A stretch of 64,000 nt of DNA. It comes from Limisphaerales bacterium. Lineage in GTDB: Bacteria; Verrucomicrobiota; Verrucomicrobiia; Limisphaerales; JADJPG01. How positions within the stretch are numbered: the first letter of the stretch is position 1; each line of letters starts with the position of its first letter. A program made the translations under genes and the position numbers. Positions 54,256-63,904 of the stretch are shown one piece after another. Location of the stretch: contig JBGARF010000043.1 in the NCBI GenBank assembly GCA_044230345.1, positions 1,161 to 65,160 on the forward strand. The letters run 5' to 3'. Under the pieces are notes generated by a model. The model ran no database searches. It worked only from the letters and a program-made list of their open reading frames with translations, and was not told where the DNA came from.

Positions 54256-54452
54256 GCATCTCGAAGTTGTTGGATCGGAGCGCGGACTTCCAAGTCCGCA
54301 GCGGGTGGAATCCGCCGCCAGCGTTGGAACCTTCAAGCCGCGTCGCCCTGGTGAGCCGCTGCGGACTAAAAGTCCGCGCTCCGGACGGAAAATGTCCAAA
54401 CTCCAGCGCGCTGAAGGCCAAGTGTGAACTTTTACCAACAACTTCGAGCTGC
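54256..54452. mobile_element. MITE-like element, copy 2 (inverted relative to copy 1)
   Basis: The terminal inverted repeats are GCATCTCGAAGTTGTTGG and CCAACAACTTCGAGCTGC. The reverse complement aligns along its length with 38521-38712 (shared TAAAAGTTC(G/A)CAC, GCAGCGGCT, GAAGGTTC, TCCCACCCGCTG and CGCGCTCCGAT). Confidence 0.7.
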
Positions 54453-54456
54453 AATC

Positions 54457-57400
54457 CTAGGGCACGAGCACCACCCGGTAGAAACGCTCGCCTCCGCCAC
54501 CAGCCTCGGCATCCAACCACGTTCCGGTGGTCCCGGCCGCAGTCACCATCTCCGGTGCGTCGACCCATTGTCCCGCGCCCAGGGTGTCCGTATGCTGCAC
54601 TCGATAGGTCCGGCCCGGGATCGCGCTCCAGAGAAGTCTGGTGCCCAGCCCGGTTTCACTGGTGAGTGTGATCACCTGAAACACCGAGCCGGCGTTGGTG
54701 GGATCCGTCCCCAACTGATACTCGGCTGCGTCCGTGGTGCCGTCCCGGTCCAGATCACCGCTGCCAGTGCGCTCGAGACTCCCGAAATAGGCCGCCTCCC
54801 AATCGTCGTCCATGCCGTCGCCGTCGATGTCCGCCCCGCCCAGCGTCAGCACGAAAAGATCGGACGCCTCGTTGTCGTCTCCTTCGACGAGATCGCTGGC
54901 GACGCTCTGAAACATGACGGTGCGTCCGTCGCCGGCCAGCACGGGAAGGGTAGACGGACCGTTGCCGGGACCCGTGCCGTCGCGATTGATGCTGGCCAGC
55001 AAAGTCACCCCGCGCAGGCGATCGCGGACGAAGATGTCTTTGACTCGATTGAGATCGCCGGCGACGAGGTTTGACGCGGTGCTCATGAACACCACATAGC
55101 GTCCGTCGTGGCTGATCGCCGGATAGCTGGAGTCACGGGTAGGAACTGCCGGATTGGAGCCGGCCCGTGAACTGATGAGCTGGTTGGTTTGATTGACCAA
55201 ATCACGGACATAGATATTCCATCCGCCTGATGGCCGCGCGTCGTAGGCCAGCCACCGCCCATCGCCACTCAAGGAGACGGAACGGGCGTTGGCCGTTTCC
55301 GGGATCGACGTGACGATCCGTGTTTCCAGATCAAAGAGAATCACGCGAGGCACGCCGGCCTCCGGGGTAATCGCGGCGACGCGACGCGAGTCTGCGCTGA
55401 TGGATAGCGCCCGGCCGTTGGGTAACGTCGATGCGACCAGATAGGTTTTGCCAGCCACCAGGTCCCGGGCGTAAAGACCGAAGCCGGTGTGTGCGCTGTT
55501 CGTCGTCAAATCGCTAGCCTGGCTTCCAAACAGGATCCATCGCCCGTCCGGCGAAAACCTCGGGTTCATCGAATCTCCGTCCGCTTCCCAAGTCTCGTCC
55601 GGCGTTGCTGCCGGCAGGCGGGAAGGGGATACCAAGGTGGTCACCCCGGTTTTGAAGTCGCGCAGGTAGAGGTTTGCCCGCCCGTTCGAAACCGCATTGA
55701 ACCGGCGTGTGGCGAACACGACCTGGGTTCCATCGGGACTGATGGCGATGCCAGGCCCGTTGGTAGTCCAGATCGCGTCGGAATGTACCAGCACCTCGAT
55801 TCCGCTGTGCAGGTCCCGGCGATACACTTTCGCGGGCTCCTCCGGATTCCAAAACTGGTGCAGGTTCAGATCGACGGACATGTAGGCTGCATATCGCCCG
55901 TCCGCGCTAAGCACCGGATCCCGGGTGCCGACGCCAGAGCTGCCCAAAAACGACTGCTGGCCGCGGCCGAGATCCCGCACATAAAAGTCGGGGAACCGAT
56001 TGGTATCCGTCACCCCAAGGTCATTGCTGCTGGCCGCGATGACCCGGCCATTGGCGCTGATCGCGCCTCCAGCGTGGCCACTCGCCGCCGGTGGCGTTCG
56101 TCCTGCCCGGGCGGTCGCGCGGAGCGAGGCACAATCCATTTGCCCGTCGTCGAAGTTGAATGCGAAGACATCGCTCTCTTGGTTGCCGTCAGCGTCGACC
56201 AGACTGTCGTCGGTCGAATCGAAGACAATCGTCCTTCCATCCCGGGAGAATAGTGCGCCGACGCCGCCGCTGACCGGGGCGGGGCGTCCATCGGTGCGGA
56301 GGAGGGCTGCCGTCGTGCGGTTCAGTAGGGTTTCGTGCAGCTGAATTGACGACGACAGATTGCTGGTGACCAGGAACACGAGCCGTTCGCTGTCGGCGGA
56401 GAGGACCGGATGAGCGCCGTAGCGCCCGCGAGTTCCGGAGGTGTTGGCGAGCACGAGTCGGTTGCTCGAGGAATCCGCGTCCCAGAGATGAACGCCGTCG
56501 ACGGCTTGATAGGCGACGAATCGTCCGTTGTGACTGACACTGGCCCAGCCTTGAGTAGAGACGTTGGCGGCGATGAGTTGGGCGGGGACATCCGGCAGTG
56601 GCGGATGCGCCCGGCGATAGAGCGAGACGCCGTTGGTTCCGGACGATTCCTTGAACACCACGACGCGCCCGTCGGCACTGATGGTGGGAAGAAAGCATGA
56701 GGCGGGAATGCGGTTGAGATCGTTGTTCATCACGCCCGCGCTGATCCAAGTCGTGTTGGAGGTCTGTGCGTCCCAGCCGAGGATTTCGCTTCCGATCACG
56801 CGACCGCTGAGGTCGACGATGCTGCGGACGTAGGCGACCTGGCGGGCGTCGGGTGTGAGGCTGGCGGAGTGGGCGGTGCCTTGAGCGTTCGGGGTCGTCC
56901 CGGCTAGGGCGAGAGCGAGGGGCCGGCTCAACCGCTGGTTAACGCCCAGGACGCGATCATGGAGGAAAATCTCGCGCGTTTGGTTGGTGTCATTGACGAC
57001 AAGATTTCCGGCGAGGCTCTCATAGATCACGTAACGGCCGTCGGCGGATAGCTGCGGATTTTCGGACGCGCCGCGGGCGGCCTCGCCGGCGGGGCCGGTG
57101 CTGATCTTTCGGGTTGTGCCGTTGAGCACGTCGCGGACGAAGATGTCGCTGACTCCGTTGGTGTCATCGGGAACGAGGTTGGTGGCGGCGCTTTCAAAGG
57201 CCACCAAGTTGCCATCGTCAGAGACGGAAGCCGCTGAAGCGTTGGCATCGCCGCCGCCGCGCTGACTGGCATCGACACTGACGAGTGCGGTTGTGCCCAT
57301 GAGTCGATCGCGAAGAAACAAATCGAGCCACGGATTCGAGGAATCGTTGGTGGTGAGATTGTTGGCCCGGCTGAGAAACAGCACGAAGCGGGCGTCGGAA

Positions 57401-57540
57401 CTGAGGCCGACCGAATAGGAGGCGGATCCGCCGGTGGCAGAGGGAATGGTCACTCCGAGCGCAGCGGTGGGAGTTGTGGTCGCGGCCGCGGCGCTGGACA
57501 AGGGCAGGGCGAGAGCCAGGATCAGGCAGGAGGCTTTCAT
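54457..57540 (-). CDS. Secreted PD40/TolB-like beta-propeller repeat protein with a calcium-binding-like linker and a C-terminal FYRV module
   Basis: The signal peptide is MKASCLILALALPLSSAAA. Many repeats of the type S.DGR(Y/F)V.F.S.A.NLV..D.N...D(I/L)F(V/L)RD...G.T occur. The linker is DIDGDGMDDDWE...DLDRDGTTDAAEYQLGTDP. The protein ends ERFYRVVLVP. Confidence 0.85.
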   Translation of the reverse strand: MKASCLILALALPLSSAAAATTTPTAALGVTIPSATGGSASYSVGLSSDARFVLFLSRANNLTTNDSSNPWLDLFLRDRLMGTTALVSVDASQRGGGDANASAASVSDDGNLVAFESAATNLVPDDTNGVSDIFVRDVLNGTTRKISTGPAGEAARGASENPQLSADGRYVIYESLAGNLVVNDTNQTREIFLHDRVLGVNQRLSRPLALALAGTTPNAQGTAHSASLTPDARQVAYVRSIVDLSGRVIGSEILGWDAQTSNTTWISAGVMNNDLNRIPASCFLPTISADGRVVVFKESSGTNGVSLYRRAHPPLPDVPAQLIAANVSTQGWASVSHNGRFVAYQAVDGVHLWDADSSSNRLVLANTSGTRGRYGAHPVLSADSERLVFLVTSNLSSSIQLHETLLNRTTAALLRTDGRPAPVSGGVGALFSRDGRTIVFDSTDDSLVDADGNQESDVFAFNFDDGQMDCASLRATARAGRTPPAASGHAGGAISANGRVIAASSNDLGVTDTNRFPDFYVRDLGRGQQSFLGSSGVGTRDPVLSADGRYAAYMSVDLNLHQFWNPEEPAKVYRRDLHSGIEVLVHSDAIWTTNGPGIAISPDGTQVVFATRRFNAVSNGRANLYLRDFKTGVTTLVSPSRLPAATPDETWEADGDSMNPRFSPDGRWILFGSQASDLTTNSAHTGFGLYARDLVAGKTYLVASTLPNGRALSISADSRRVAAITPEAGVPRVILFDLETRIVTSIPETANARSVSLSGDGRWLAYDARPSGGWNIYVRDLVNQTNQLISSRAGSNPAVPTRDSSYPAISHDGRYVVFMSTASNLVAGDLNRVKDIFVRDRLRGVTLLASINRDGTGPGNGPSTLPVLAGDGRTVMFQSVASDLVEGDDNEASDLFVLTLGGADIDGDGMDDDWEAAYFGSLERTGSGDLDRDGTTDAAEYQLGTDPTNAGSVFQVITLTSETGLGTRLLWSAIPGRTYRVQHTDTLGAGQWVDAPEMVTAAGTTGTWLDAEAGGGGERFYRVVLVP

Positions 57541-57576
57541 AAAAGAGGAGCCAAGGATTGCGGTGCGTAGGCGTGT

Positions 57577-57609
57577 ATTACGGGCTTATTACGGGCTTAT
57601 TACGGGCTG
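57577..57609. repeat. Tandem 11-mer, three copies
   Basis: ATTACGGGCTT ATTACGGGCTT ATTACGGGCTG. The array spans the pseudopilin stop codon (57600-57602) and lies 37-69 nt upstream of the ATG at 57540 of the PD40 gene. Confidence 0.9.
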
Positions 57610-58325
57610 CGGGGAGAAAGGAAATGGACGGAGCCGTTGTCGTCCGCGAGGTAGAAGAAGCGGTTGACCGATTCATTGGACGTGGCTTCGATTCGGCCAT
57701 CGTGCAGCAGCACATTGCCCGTGGAGCCGTGCAGGTCATTCCGCCAGCCGGATGGCTTTGGCCCGTTCAAGTTGATGACCAGGGCGGGATTGATTCCGCT
57801 GCTGCAGCCACTGCTGTAGCCCTCGTATTGCAGATTGCGATCGGCGCTCAGAACCGAATCCGGACGGAACGCGGATGAGTCGAGGCCGATGGCATAGCTG
57901 ACGGAATTGTTTTGCTGGCTTGGGCTGAGGAATCCGCCTTCGGGCTCGAAGGAATAGTTGCGGGCTGGACGCACACGCGAGTCGCTGGGGCAGGCGAGGA
58001 CGCGTGGGTCGGGTAGATCATTTGAAAGCGCGAAGTATTGATACCAGCAGTTCGCGGCCAGACCGCTGGCTTTCCCCCACGAACTTCGCCACGGATCGGC
58101 ACCATTCTCGGCGTTGAACAGGCCCACCGCCTGTCCCAGCGTGCGGAGGTTGTTGGCGCAGATCGCTTGCAGCGATCGAGGCCGGGATTGAGCCAGCGCT
58201 GGCAAGACGAGGCCGGCCAACAGGGTCAGCGCGGCCAGGACCAGCAGCAGTTCCGGCCGGGTGAAACCTTGATGGTGATCGGTGGAGATGGACACAGGCG
58301 ATCCGGGGGAGCAAATCCGTTTCAT
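57600..58325 (-). CDS. Prepilin-type N-terminal cleavage/methylation domain protein (DUF1559 / H-X9-DG pseudopilin-like)
   Basis: The N-terminal motif is GFTRPELLLVLAALTLLAGLVLPAL. The C-terminal motif is HGSTGNVLLHDGRIE. Confidence 0.8.
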   Translation of the reverse strand: MKRICSPGSPVSISTDHHQGFTRPELLLVLAALTLLAGLVLPALAQSRPRSLQAICANNLRTLGQAVGLFNAENGADPWRSSWGKASGLAANCWYQYFALSNDLPDPRVLACPSDSRVRPARNYSFEPEGGFLSPSQQNNSVSYAIGLDSSAFRPDSVLSADRNLQYEGYSSGCSSGINPALVINLNGPKPSGWRNDLHGSTGNVLLHDGRIEATSNESVNRFFYLADDNGSVHFLSPRSP

Positions 58326-58411
58326 GGTTGTTGGTTCGACGAAAGACCGCGCGTCTTATTCCGCAATACCTTGGCTTGCCTCCGGCCCGCCGACGGTTTG
58401 AACTTTGTGCG

Positions 58412-60331
58412 ATGTGGCCGCCCGTCACCACCAGTCGCTGCGACGTCTCGACGAGACGTGCGTGGGCCTTTGCGCTGGCGGAGATCGGATGCTTGGCGGG
58501 ACTGACCACGTTTAAAGCCTGGCTGCTTTTGTCGGGATCGTTGCTCGGCACGCCCCGCGGATTTCTGGTCACGTTCGGAATCGTTTTCGGTTTCGGGGCG
58601 CTGTTGCTCGCGGCCTTTCCTCGGCGGCGGAGAATTCTTTATCTGATCGCGACGGTAACCTTGTCCGTGGTGCTCTTCGCTGACCAGGTCCACCACCGGG
58701 CCTATCGTGAATTGGTCACCGTCCGCGAGTTGAACCATGCCGGGCAATTGGCCGATGTGTTCGATGGCGTGACGCCCTACCTCCACTGGCTGGATCTTGG
58801 ATTCTTCGTCGACTGGCCAGCGTGGCTCTGGCTTTGGTGGCGGCGAAAAGCGGCCGGACCCGAGGAAGCCGGCCGGCTTCGGTTCATCGTGCCGGCGATG
58901 GCGGCTGGTGGCAGCTTGAGCGTGTGTGTCTTTCTCTCTTGGGATTTCCTGGTCTCGATTCGTCCGGACGCACGACTGGTGGTGAACCAGCGATACGTGA
59001 TTCGTGAACTCGGGGTTTTGGGATTTCACCTTTGCGACGGAATCGATCGGGGACGAAGCCGTTCGACGGTGCGGGCGGTCGGGGCCGAGCAGCTTCAACA
59101 TGTGCAGCACTGGTTCGAAGCCCGCCGGGAGGAAAAGGTCGGGCCTGACCAAGTGCCCTTTGGCGCCGCGCACGGTGCGAATCTAATCTTCCTCCAACTC
59201 GAATCGTTCGAGGCGTTCTTGCTGGGATTGGTGGTGAACGGCCACGAAATCACTCCTCGCCTCAACCGTCTGCGGAATGAAGCTTGGTCCTTTTCCCGGT
59301 TCTTTCCGCAGACCGGTGTGGGTACGACTTCCGATGCTGAATTCTGCGCGCTGAACTCGTTGCCGCCGGCGGTCGACGAACCCGTGGCCTGGCGTAATGC
59401 CGGCAATACGTTTCGCGCTCTGCCTGCGATTCTGGCCCGGGAGGGTTATCACACCATGGCCTTGAGTGTTTGCCGGCCCGATCTCTGGAACATGGGGCGC
59501 ATGCATCGGCAGTACGGTTTTGCCCGGCGCTATTATTACGAGACCTTCGCCAACGGACGGGAAAATCCGCTGGCCATCGCAGACGATCGCTTCCTCCGTC
59601 GTGCCCGCGAATTGATCCGGGCCAGCCCGCGGCCTTTCTTCGCGCACCTGATGACCATCTCCACGCACTCGCCGTTTCGCTATCTGCCGCCTGACTGGCC
59701 GCGCCTGGACTTGGGCCCTTGGCAAAAGGGATTTCTGGGAGACTACCTCCAGGCCGCGCACTTTGTGGATCATGCTTTGGGCGAATTTCTCGATGGCCTG
59801 CGCGCGGACGCCGTCCTCGACCGCACGGTGGTGTTTATCTATGGCGATCACGAGGCGCTGCCGCCTGACGAACGCTGGAAAATCCGTCGGCTTGAGTCGG
59901 ATGCCATCGGGTCGCAGCTCGACGAGCAACTGCGGCGGCGGGTTCCGCTTTTGGTGCTGGTGCCAGGCCAACGCGAAGGCGTGACCTCCGATCGGCCGTC
60001 GGCACAATTTGACCTCACCCCGTCGGCGTTGCATCTGCTCGGCATCGAACCCCGGCCAGCGTTTCATTTGGGCCGGAACTTGTTTCGCGGCACGAATTCA
60101 CTCGTCGTTTTTCGCAACGGCTCGTTCATCGCTGATTCGATCTACGGCAACCGCCCGGACGGCCTGCTGGGCGGCGCGGGCTGCAATCCCATCCAACCTG
60201 GCGCCCGGGTCGATCCTGTCGCCTGCACCAACGGATGGCGTCAGGCGCTTGAACTTCTGTCGGTGGCCGACCTCATTCGGGAACACGACCTGATTCCGGC
60301 CCTGGAATCTGCCGTGGGGAGGAAAGAGTAA
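58412..60331 (+). CDS. LTA-synthase-family sulfatase-like membrane protein (phosphoglycerol/phosphoethanolamine-transferase-like)
   Basis: N-terminal TM segments are followed by NLIFLQLESFEAFLL...FFPQTGVGTTSDAEFCALNSLPP and TISTHSPF. I prefer the ATG at 58412 to the TTG at 58328, which abuts the divergent gene. Confidence 0.8.
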   Translation: MWPPVTTSRCDVSTRRAWAFALAEIGCLAGLTTFKAWLLLSGSLLGTPRGFLVTFGIVFGFGALLLAAFPRRRRILYLIATVTLSVVLFADQVHHRAYRELVTVRELNHAGQLADVFDGVTPYLHWLDLGFFVDWPAWLWLWWRRKAAGPEEAGRLRFIVPAMAAGGSLSVCVFLSWDFLVSIRPDARLVVNQRYVIRELGVLGFHLCDGIDRGRSRSTVRAVGAEQLQHVQHWFEARREEKVGPDQVPFGAAHGANLIFLQLESFEAFLLGLVVNGHEITPRLNRLRNEAWSFSRFFPQTGVGTTSDAEFCALNSLPPAVDEPVAWRNAGNTFRALPAILAREGYHTMALSVCRPDLWNMGRMHRQYGFARRYYYETFANGRENPLAIADDRFLRRARELIRASPRPFFAHLMTISTHSPFRYLPPDWPRLDLGPWQKGFLGDYLQAAHFVDHALGEFLDGLRADAVLDRTVVFIYGDHEALPPDERWKIRRLESDAIGSQLDEQLRRRVPLLVLVPGQREGVTSDRPSAQFDLTPSALHLLGIEPRPAFHLGRNLFRGTNSLVVFRNGSFIADSIYGNRPDGLLGGAGCNPIQPGARVDPVACTNGWRQALELLSVADLIREHDLIPALESAVGRKE

Positions 60332-60357
60332 GTTTGGTCAGGCGAGAATGCTGGACG

Positions 60358-60470
60358 CACCGGTCCCACCGTTACGCGCCTGCTGGAGATTACGCCCAGA
60401 CTGTGCCCCGCCTCGGGCGCACCGGCAAGACCACGAACTACCGGCGGTAACCCCGGGGATTCCCCGGTCC
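60358..60470. repeat. Dispersed repeat family B, copy 2
   Basis: See 51384-51496. Confidence 0.8.
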
Positions 60471-60475
60471 TCAGA

Positions 60476-60545
60476 CGGAGCGCGGATCCCGCCGTTGCGG
60501 GATCCGCAGCGGGTGGAATCGGCCACCCGCGTTGGAACCTTCCAG
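60476..60545. repeat. Partial third copy of the MITE-like family (internal module only)
   Basis: CGGAGCGCGGA-hairpin-GCAGCGGGTGGAATC(G/C)GCC(A/G)CC(C/A)GCGTTGGAACCTTC(C/A)AG aligns with 54276-54337. No terminal inverted repeats are seen. Confidence 0.65.
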
Positions 60546-60554
60546 CTAAACCGG

Positions 60555-60708
60555 AACGATTCAGTTGGGCGGCGGTCGGTTGCGCCGCAGATTCTTGCGA
60601 AGGCCGAGGCGTGAGGAGCGCGCGTATTGAAACGAAATACGTAAGCGACGAACAACGAAGGCCTTCGCAAGAAGATCAAGCAACCGACTGCTGGCCAACT
60701 GAATCGTT
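60555..60708. repeat. 154-nt nested imperfect hairpin between convergent genes
   Basis: The outer arms are AACGATTCAGTTGGGCGGCGGTCGGTTGC (60555-60583) and GCAACCGACTGCTGGCCAACTGAATCGTT (60680-60708). The inner 13-bp arms are TCTTGCGAAGGCC (60593-60605) and GGCCTTCGCAAGA (60660-60672). An apical hairpin CGTATT-GAAACGA-AATACG is also present. Confidence 0.8.
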
Positions 60709-60710
60709 GG

Positions 60711-63116
60711 CTAAGCCAAATTAACCGGGTCGATATCCACCACCAAGGTGACGTCTTCGGGCATCTCGATCGTGGACGTGAGTTGGGCCAGGTGCCGGCT
60801 AAGGCGACTCATCTGCAGTGTCCGCAACATGATTTGATATCGGTAAAATGTTTCCGCCCGAGCGAGGGGTGCCGGCGCGGGGCCGGCGATGATGAGGTCT
60901 CGGAAGCGCGCGCCGCCGGCCGGGATAAGCGGGTCGGCTCCGGCCTCCGGCGAGCCGGATTTGCGCACGGCCGATTCGAGGCCCGGCAACGACAGTTCGT
61001 CCGAGGCGTCGCTGGCGCCGGCGAGAGGCGTCGCGGCTGGAACCAAATTGGACGCGTCGGCCGCGGAGCCGCCGATCGTCGCTGGTGCGTTGCCGGCCAG
61101 GCGATCGAGATGGGTGCGGATGTGTTCCGCGGTGAGGCGAACCTTGTCTTCGTTGCGTCCCTTCAGCACGAGCAAGGCGATGCGGGCGAGTGGCGGATAT
61201 TTGAGCTGCTCACGGAACTCGATCTCCTGCTCGTAAAAGCCGGCGTAGTCGTGCTTGCGCGCATATTGAATGGCCGGATGAAACGGGGTGAACGCTTGCA
61301 CAAAGACTTCGCCCTCGACATCCCCGCGTCCGGCGCGGCCGGCCACCTGGGTCAGGAGTTGGAAGGTGCGTTCGCCCGAGCGAAAATCGGGAATGTGCAG
61401 GCTGAGATCCGCATAGACGATCCCGACCAGCGTGACGTTGGGAAAGTGCAGGCCTTTGGCGATCATCTGGGTTCCAACCAGGATGTCGATTTTGCCCGCT
61501 CGAAAGTCGCCCAGGATGCGCCGGTAATCCTCCTTCCGCTTGAGCGTGTCGGAATCCATACGCTCGATGCGCGCGTGCGGAAACAATTTGCGCAAGGTGT
61601 CCTCAACCCGCTCGGTGCCCAAGCCCGAGTAACGGATGCCGGGATGCCGGCACTTGGGCTCGGGACAGGCCTTCGGCGCCAGCGCGCTGTGGCCGCAGAC
61701 GTGGCAGAGCAGACGTTGGGCGGCCCGGTGATAGGTCAGCGACACGCTGCAGTTCGGGCACTCCGCGACATAGCCGCATTGCGGGCACTGCAACGACGTC
61801 GACCAGCCGCGCCGGTTGAGAAACAGGATCGTCTGCTCCTTCCGATCCAACCGTTGATGAATCGCCTCCTTCAGCTGATGGGAAAAGATGGGCACGCCCT
61901 TCTCCCGGCGCGATTCCTGGCGCATGTCGACAATGCGGACGATCGGCATCTTCTGGTCATCCACGCGGCTGGGCATCTCCAGCACGGTGTATTTGCCTCG
62001 GTGCACGTTGTAAAAACTCTCCATCGAGGGCGTGGCCGAGCCTAACACAACGGCCGCGTTCTCCATCTGGGCCCGCACCACCGCCACGTCCCGCGCATGA
62101 TAGCGCGGCGCCTCCTCCTGCTTGTAGGAATGTTCGTGCTCCTCGTCGACGATGATGAGTCCGAGGGGATCGACGGGGGCAAAGATGGCCGAGCGCGCGC
62201 CGATGACGATGCGGGCGCGGCCCTGGCGGATCTTGTGCCATTCGTCGTGGCGTTCGCCCGCGGAAAGATGGCTGTGCAGCACGGCGACGAGTGTCTGGTG
62301 TGGTCCTGAGCTGAAGCGGGCCTTGAATCGTTCGACGGTCTGCGGGGTAAGCGATATTTCCGGCACGAGCACGATGGCGCCCCGGCCGAGTTCCAGGGCG
62401 CGCGCGATGGCCTGGAGATAAACCTCGGTCTTGCCCGAGCCTGTCACGCCGTGCAGCAGGAAAGCCTTGCCTCCGGCCACGGGCGTTTCCATGCGGGCAA
62501 CGATGGCGCTGAGCGCGCGGGCCTGTTCCGGGTTTAGCGTGAGCGGCAGGCTGGGCAGAATTTGTTCGCGGGCGTAAGGGTCGCGTTCGGAGATCTGCGG
62601 AGCAATGCTGACCAATCCCTTGTCCTCCAAGCGACGCACGGTCTCCGCCGTGGTTGCGGTCAGACGAAGCAGCTCGGTCAGGGGCAGCTCCTTCCATTCC
62701 TCGATCACATTCCAGACATCCGCCTGGCGCGGGCTCAGCTTCGGGAGATCGCCGTTCGGAACGAGCGCGCGCACGAACAGTCGCTCGCGCCAGCCGTCGG
62801 CTTCCTGGCGCACTGCGTCCGGGAGAACTGACTTGAGCGCGATCTCGACCGGGCAACAGTAGTAATCCGCAATCCAGCGGGCCAGCGCGAGGACCTTGGG
62901 CGTCACCGGGCTTTGTTGGCCGATGACCTTGGCAATCGCGCGAAGATTGGTGTGGGTGGATTCCTCGATCAGGGACGTGACGACTCCAAGAACCTGGCGC
63001 GGGCCGAAGGGAACCTTCACCCGACTGCCAATCTCGATGCGGCCCGCCAACTCGGGCGGGATGGCGTAATCGAATTCCTTGCGGAGTGCGATTTCGAGGG
63101 TGACTCGGGCGATCAT
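60711..63116 (-). CDS. priA: Primosomal protein N' (replication restart helicase PriA)
   Basis: ATG at 63116 gives MIARVTLEIALRKEFDYAIPPEL. Walker A is GVTGSGKTEVY and the DEAH box is VDEEHE. The Cys-rich zinc motifs are CPQCGYVAECPNCSVSLTYH...LLCHVCGH. The C-terminus has GPAPAPLARAETFYRYQIML. Confidence 0.9.
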   Translation of the reverse strand: MIARVTLEIALRKEFDYAIPPELAGRIEIGSRVKVPFGPRQVLGVVTSLIEESTHTNLRAIAKVIGQQSPVTPKVLALARWIADYYCCPVEIALKSVLPDAVRQEADGWRERLFVRALVPNGDLPKLSPRQADVWNVIEEWKELPLTELLRLTATTAETVRRLEDKGLVSIAPQISERDPYAREQILPSLPLTLNPEQARALSAIVARMETPVAGGKAFLLHGVTGSGKTEVYLQAIARALELGRGAIVLVPEISLTPQTVERFKARFSSGPHQTLVAVLHSHLSAGERHDEWHKIRQGRARIVIGARSAIFAPVDPLGLIIVDEEHEHSYKQEEAPRYHARDVAVVRAQMENAAVVLGSATPSMESFYNVHRGKYTVLEMPSRVDDQKMPIVRIVDMRQESRREKGVPIFSHQLKEAIHQRLDRKEQTILFLNRRGWSTSLQCPQCGYVAECPNCSVSLTYHRAAQRLLCHVCGHSALAPKACPEPKCRHPGIRYSGLGTERVEDTLRKLFPHARIERMDSDTLKRKEDYRRILGDFRAGKIDILVGTQMIAKGLHFPNVTLVGIVYADLSLHIPDFRSGERTFQLLTQVAGRAGRGDVEGEVFVQAFTPFHPAIQYARKHDYAGFYEQEIEFREQLKYPPLARIALLVLKGRNEDKVRLTAEHIRTHLDRLAGNAPATIGGSAADASNLVPAATPLAGASDASDELSLPGLESAVRKSGSPEAGADPLIPAGGARFRDLIIAGPAPAPLARAETFYRYQIMLRTLQMSRLSRHLAQLTSTIEMPEDVTLVVDIDPVNLA

Positions 63117-63259
63117 CGGCGCTAAGTCTAGCCCCGAAATTCGATGCGTCGATCGAATTGGTGACCGCGCGGCGCAGTCGCCCCACTTTCGGCCGGATGA
63201 CGGCCCGGGAATTCGATGGGGCGATGAGTGGTGGCGGGGGCGCGGACTCCGTACCTCGG

Positions 63260-63895
63260 ATGGAACCAATGGTGAAGGTCTCATGGAGCCGTCGGTTTTG
63301 GTGGTGGCTTGCGGGCGGGAGCGCAGTCTTCGGCCTGCTGGTTTTGCTTTTTCTCCAATGGCGCGGCAGCCGGGAACACAGCCAGGATGAAGTGATCCTG
63401 GCCGCGGGATTGCGTTACAACCTGCATCCCGCCCTGATCAAAGCCGTCGTCTGGCGCGAGAGCTGGTTCGATCCCACGGCGCGGGGGACCAGCGGCGAGA
63501 TCGGGTTGATGCAAATTCGCGAACCGACGGCGATGGACTGGGCAGCCGCCGAGAAGGACAGGAATTTTGTCGGAACCCAGCTCTTCGAGCCCGCGAAGAA
63601 CACGCAGTGCGGTGCCTGGTATCTGCGGCGCTTGCTCAATCGCTATCGTCAGGCCGACAGCCCGCTCGCCTACGCGCTGGCCGCCTACAACGCGGGTCCC
63701 TCCCATGTGAACCGCTGGAGCAAGGGCGCCGGGGCCACCAACAGCGCCGTCATGCTGGAGCAGATGGATTATCCGGGCACGCGTCGATACGTCGAAGCCG
63801 TCCGCCGCCGCTACGAATATTACCGGGAGAGCTTTCCGCCCAAAGACTGGGAACGCAGCCCGCATCCGCTCGTTGGACAAAAGACCGGGCGATAG
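63260..63895 (+). CDS. Lytic transglycosylase (SLT domain)
   Basis: The TM anchor is FWWWLAGGSAVFGLLVLLFL. Motifs include LIKAVVWRESWFDPTARGTSGEIGLMQI and YALAAYNAGPSHVNRW. Confidence 0.8.
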   Translation: MEPMVKVSWSRRFWWWLAGGSAVFGLLVLLFLQWRGSREHSQDEVILAAGLRYNLHPALIKAVVWRESWFDPTARGTSGEIGLMQIREPTAMDWAAAEKDRNFVGTQLFEPAKNTQCGAWYLRRLLNRYRQADSPLAYALAAYNAGPSHVNRWSKGAGATNSAVMLEQMDYPGTRRYVEAVRRRYEYYRESFPPKDWERSPHPLVGQKTGR

Positions 63896-63904
63896 GCGGC
63901 CTTC

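Noticed and set aside
54174-54293. 5' extension of the CHASE2 kinase ORF (start at 54293)
   Set aside because: The extension is a translation of the MITE-like repeat (…QQLRDARGP…). The same pseudo-peptide appears in spurious ORFs over the other copy.
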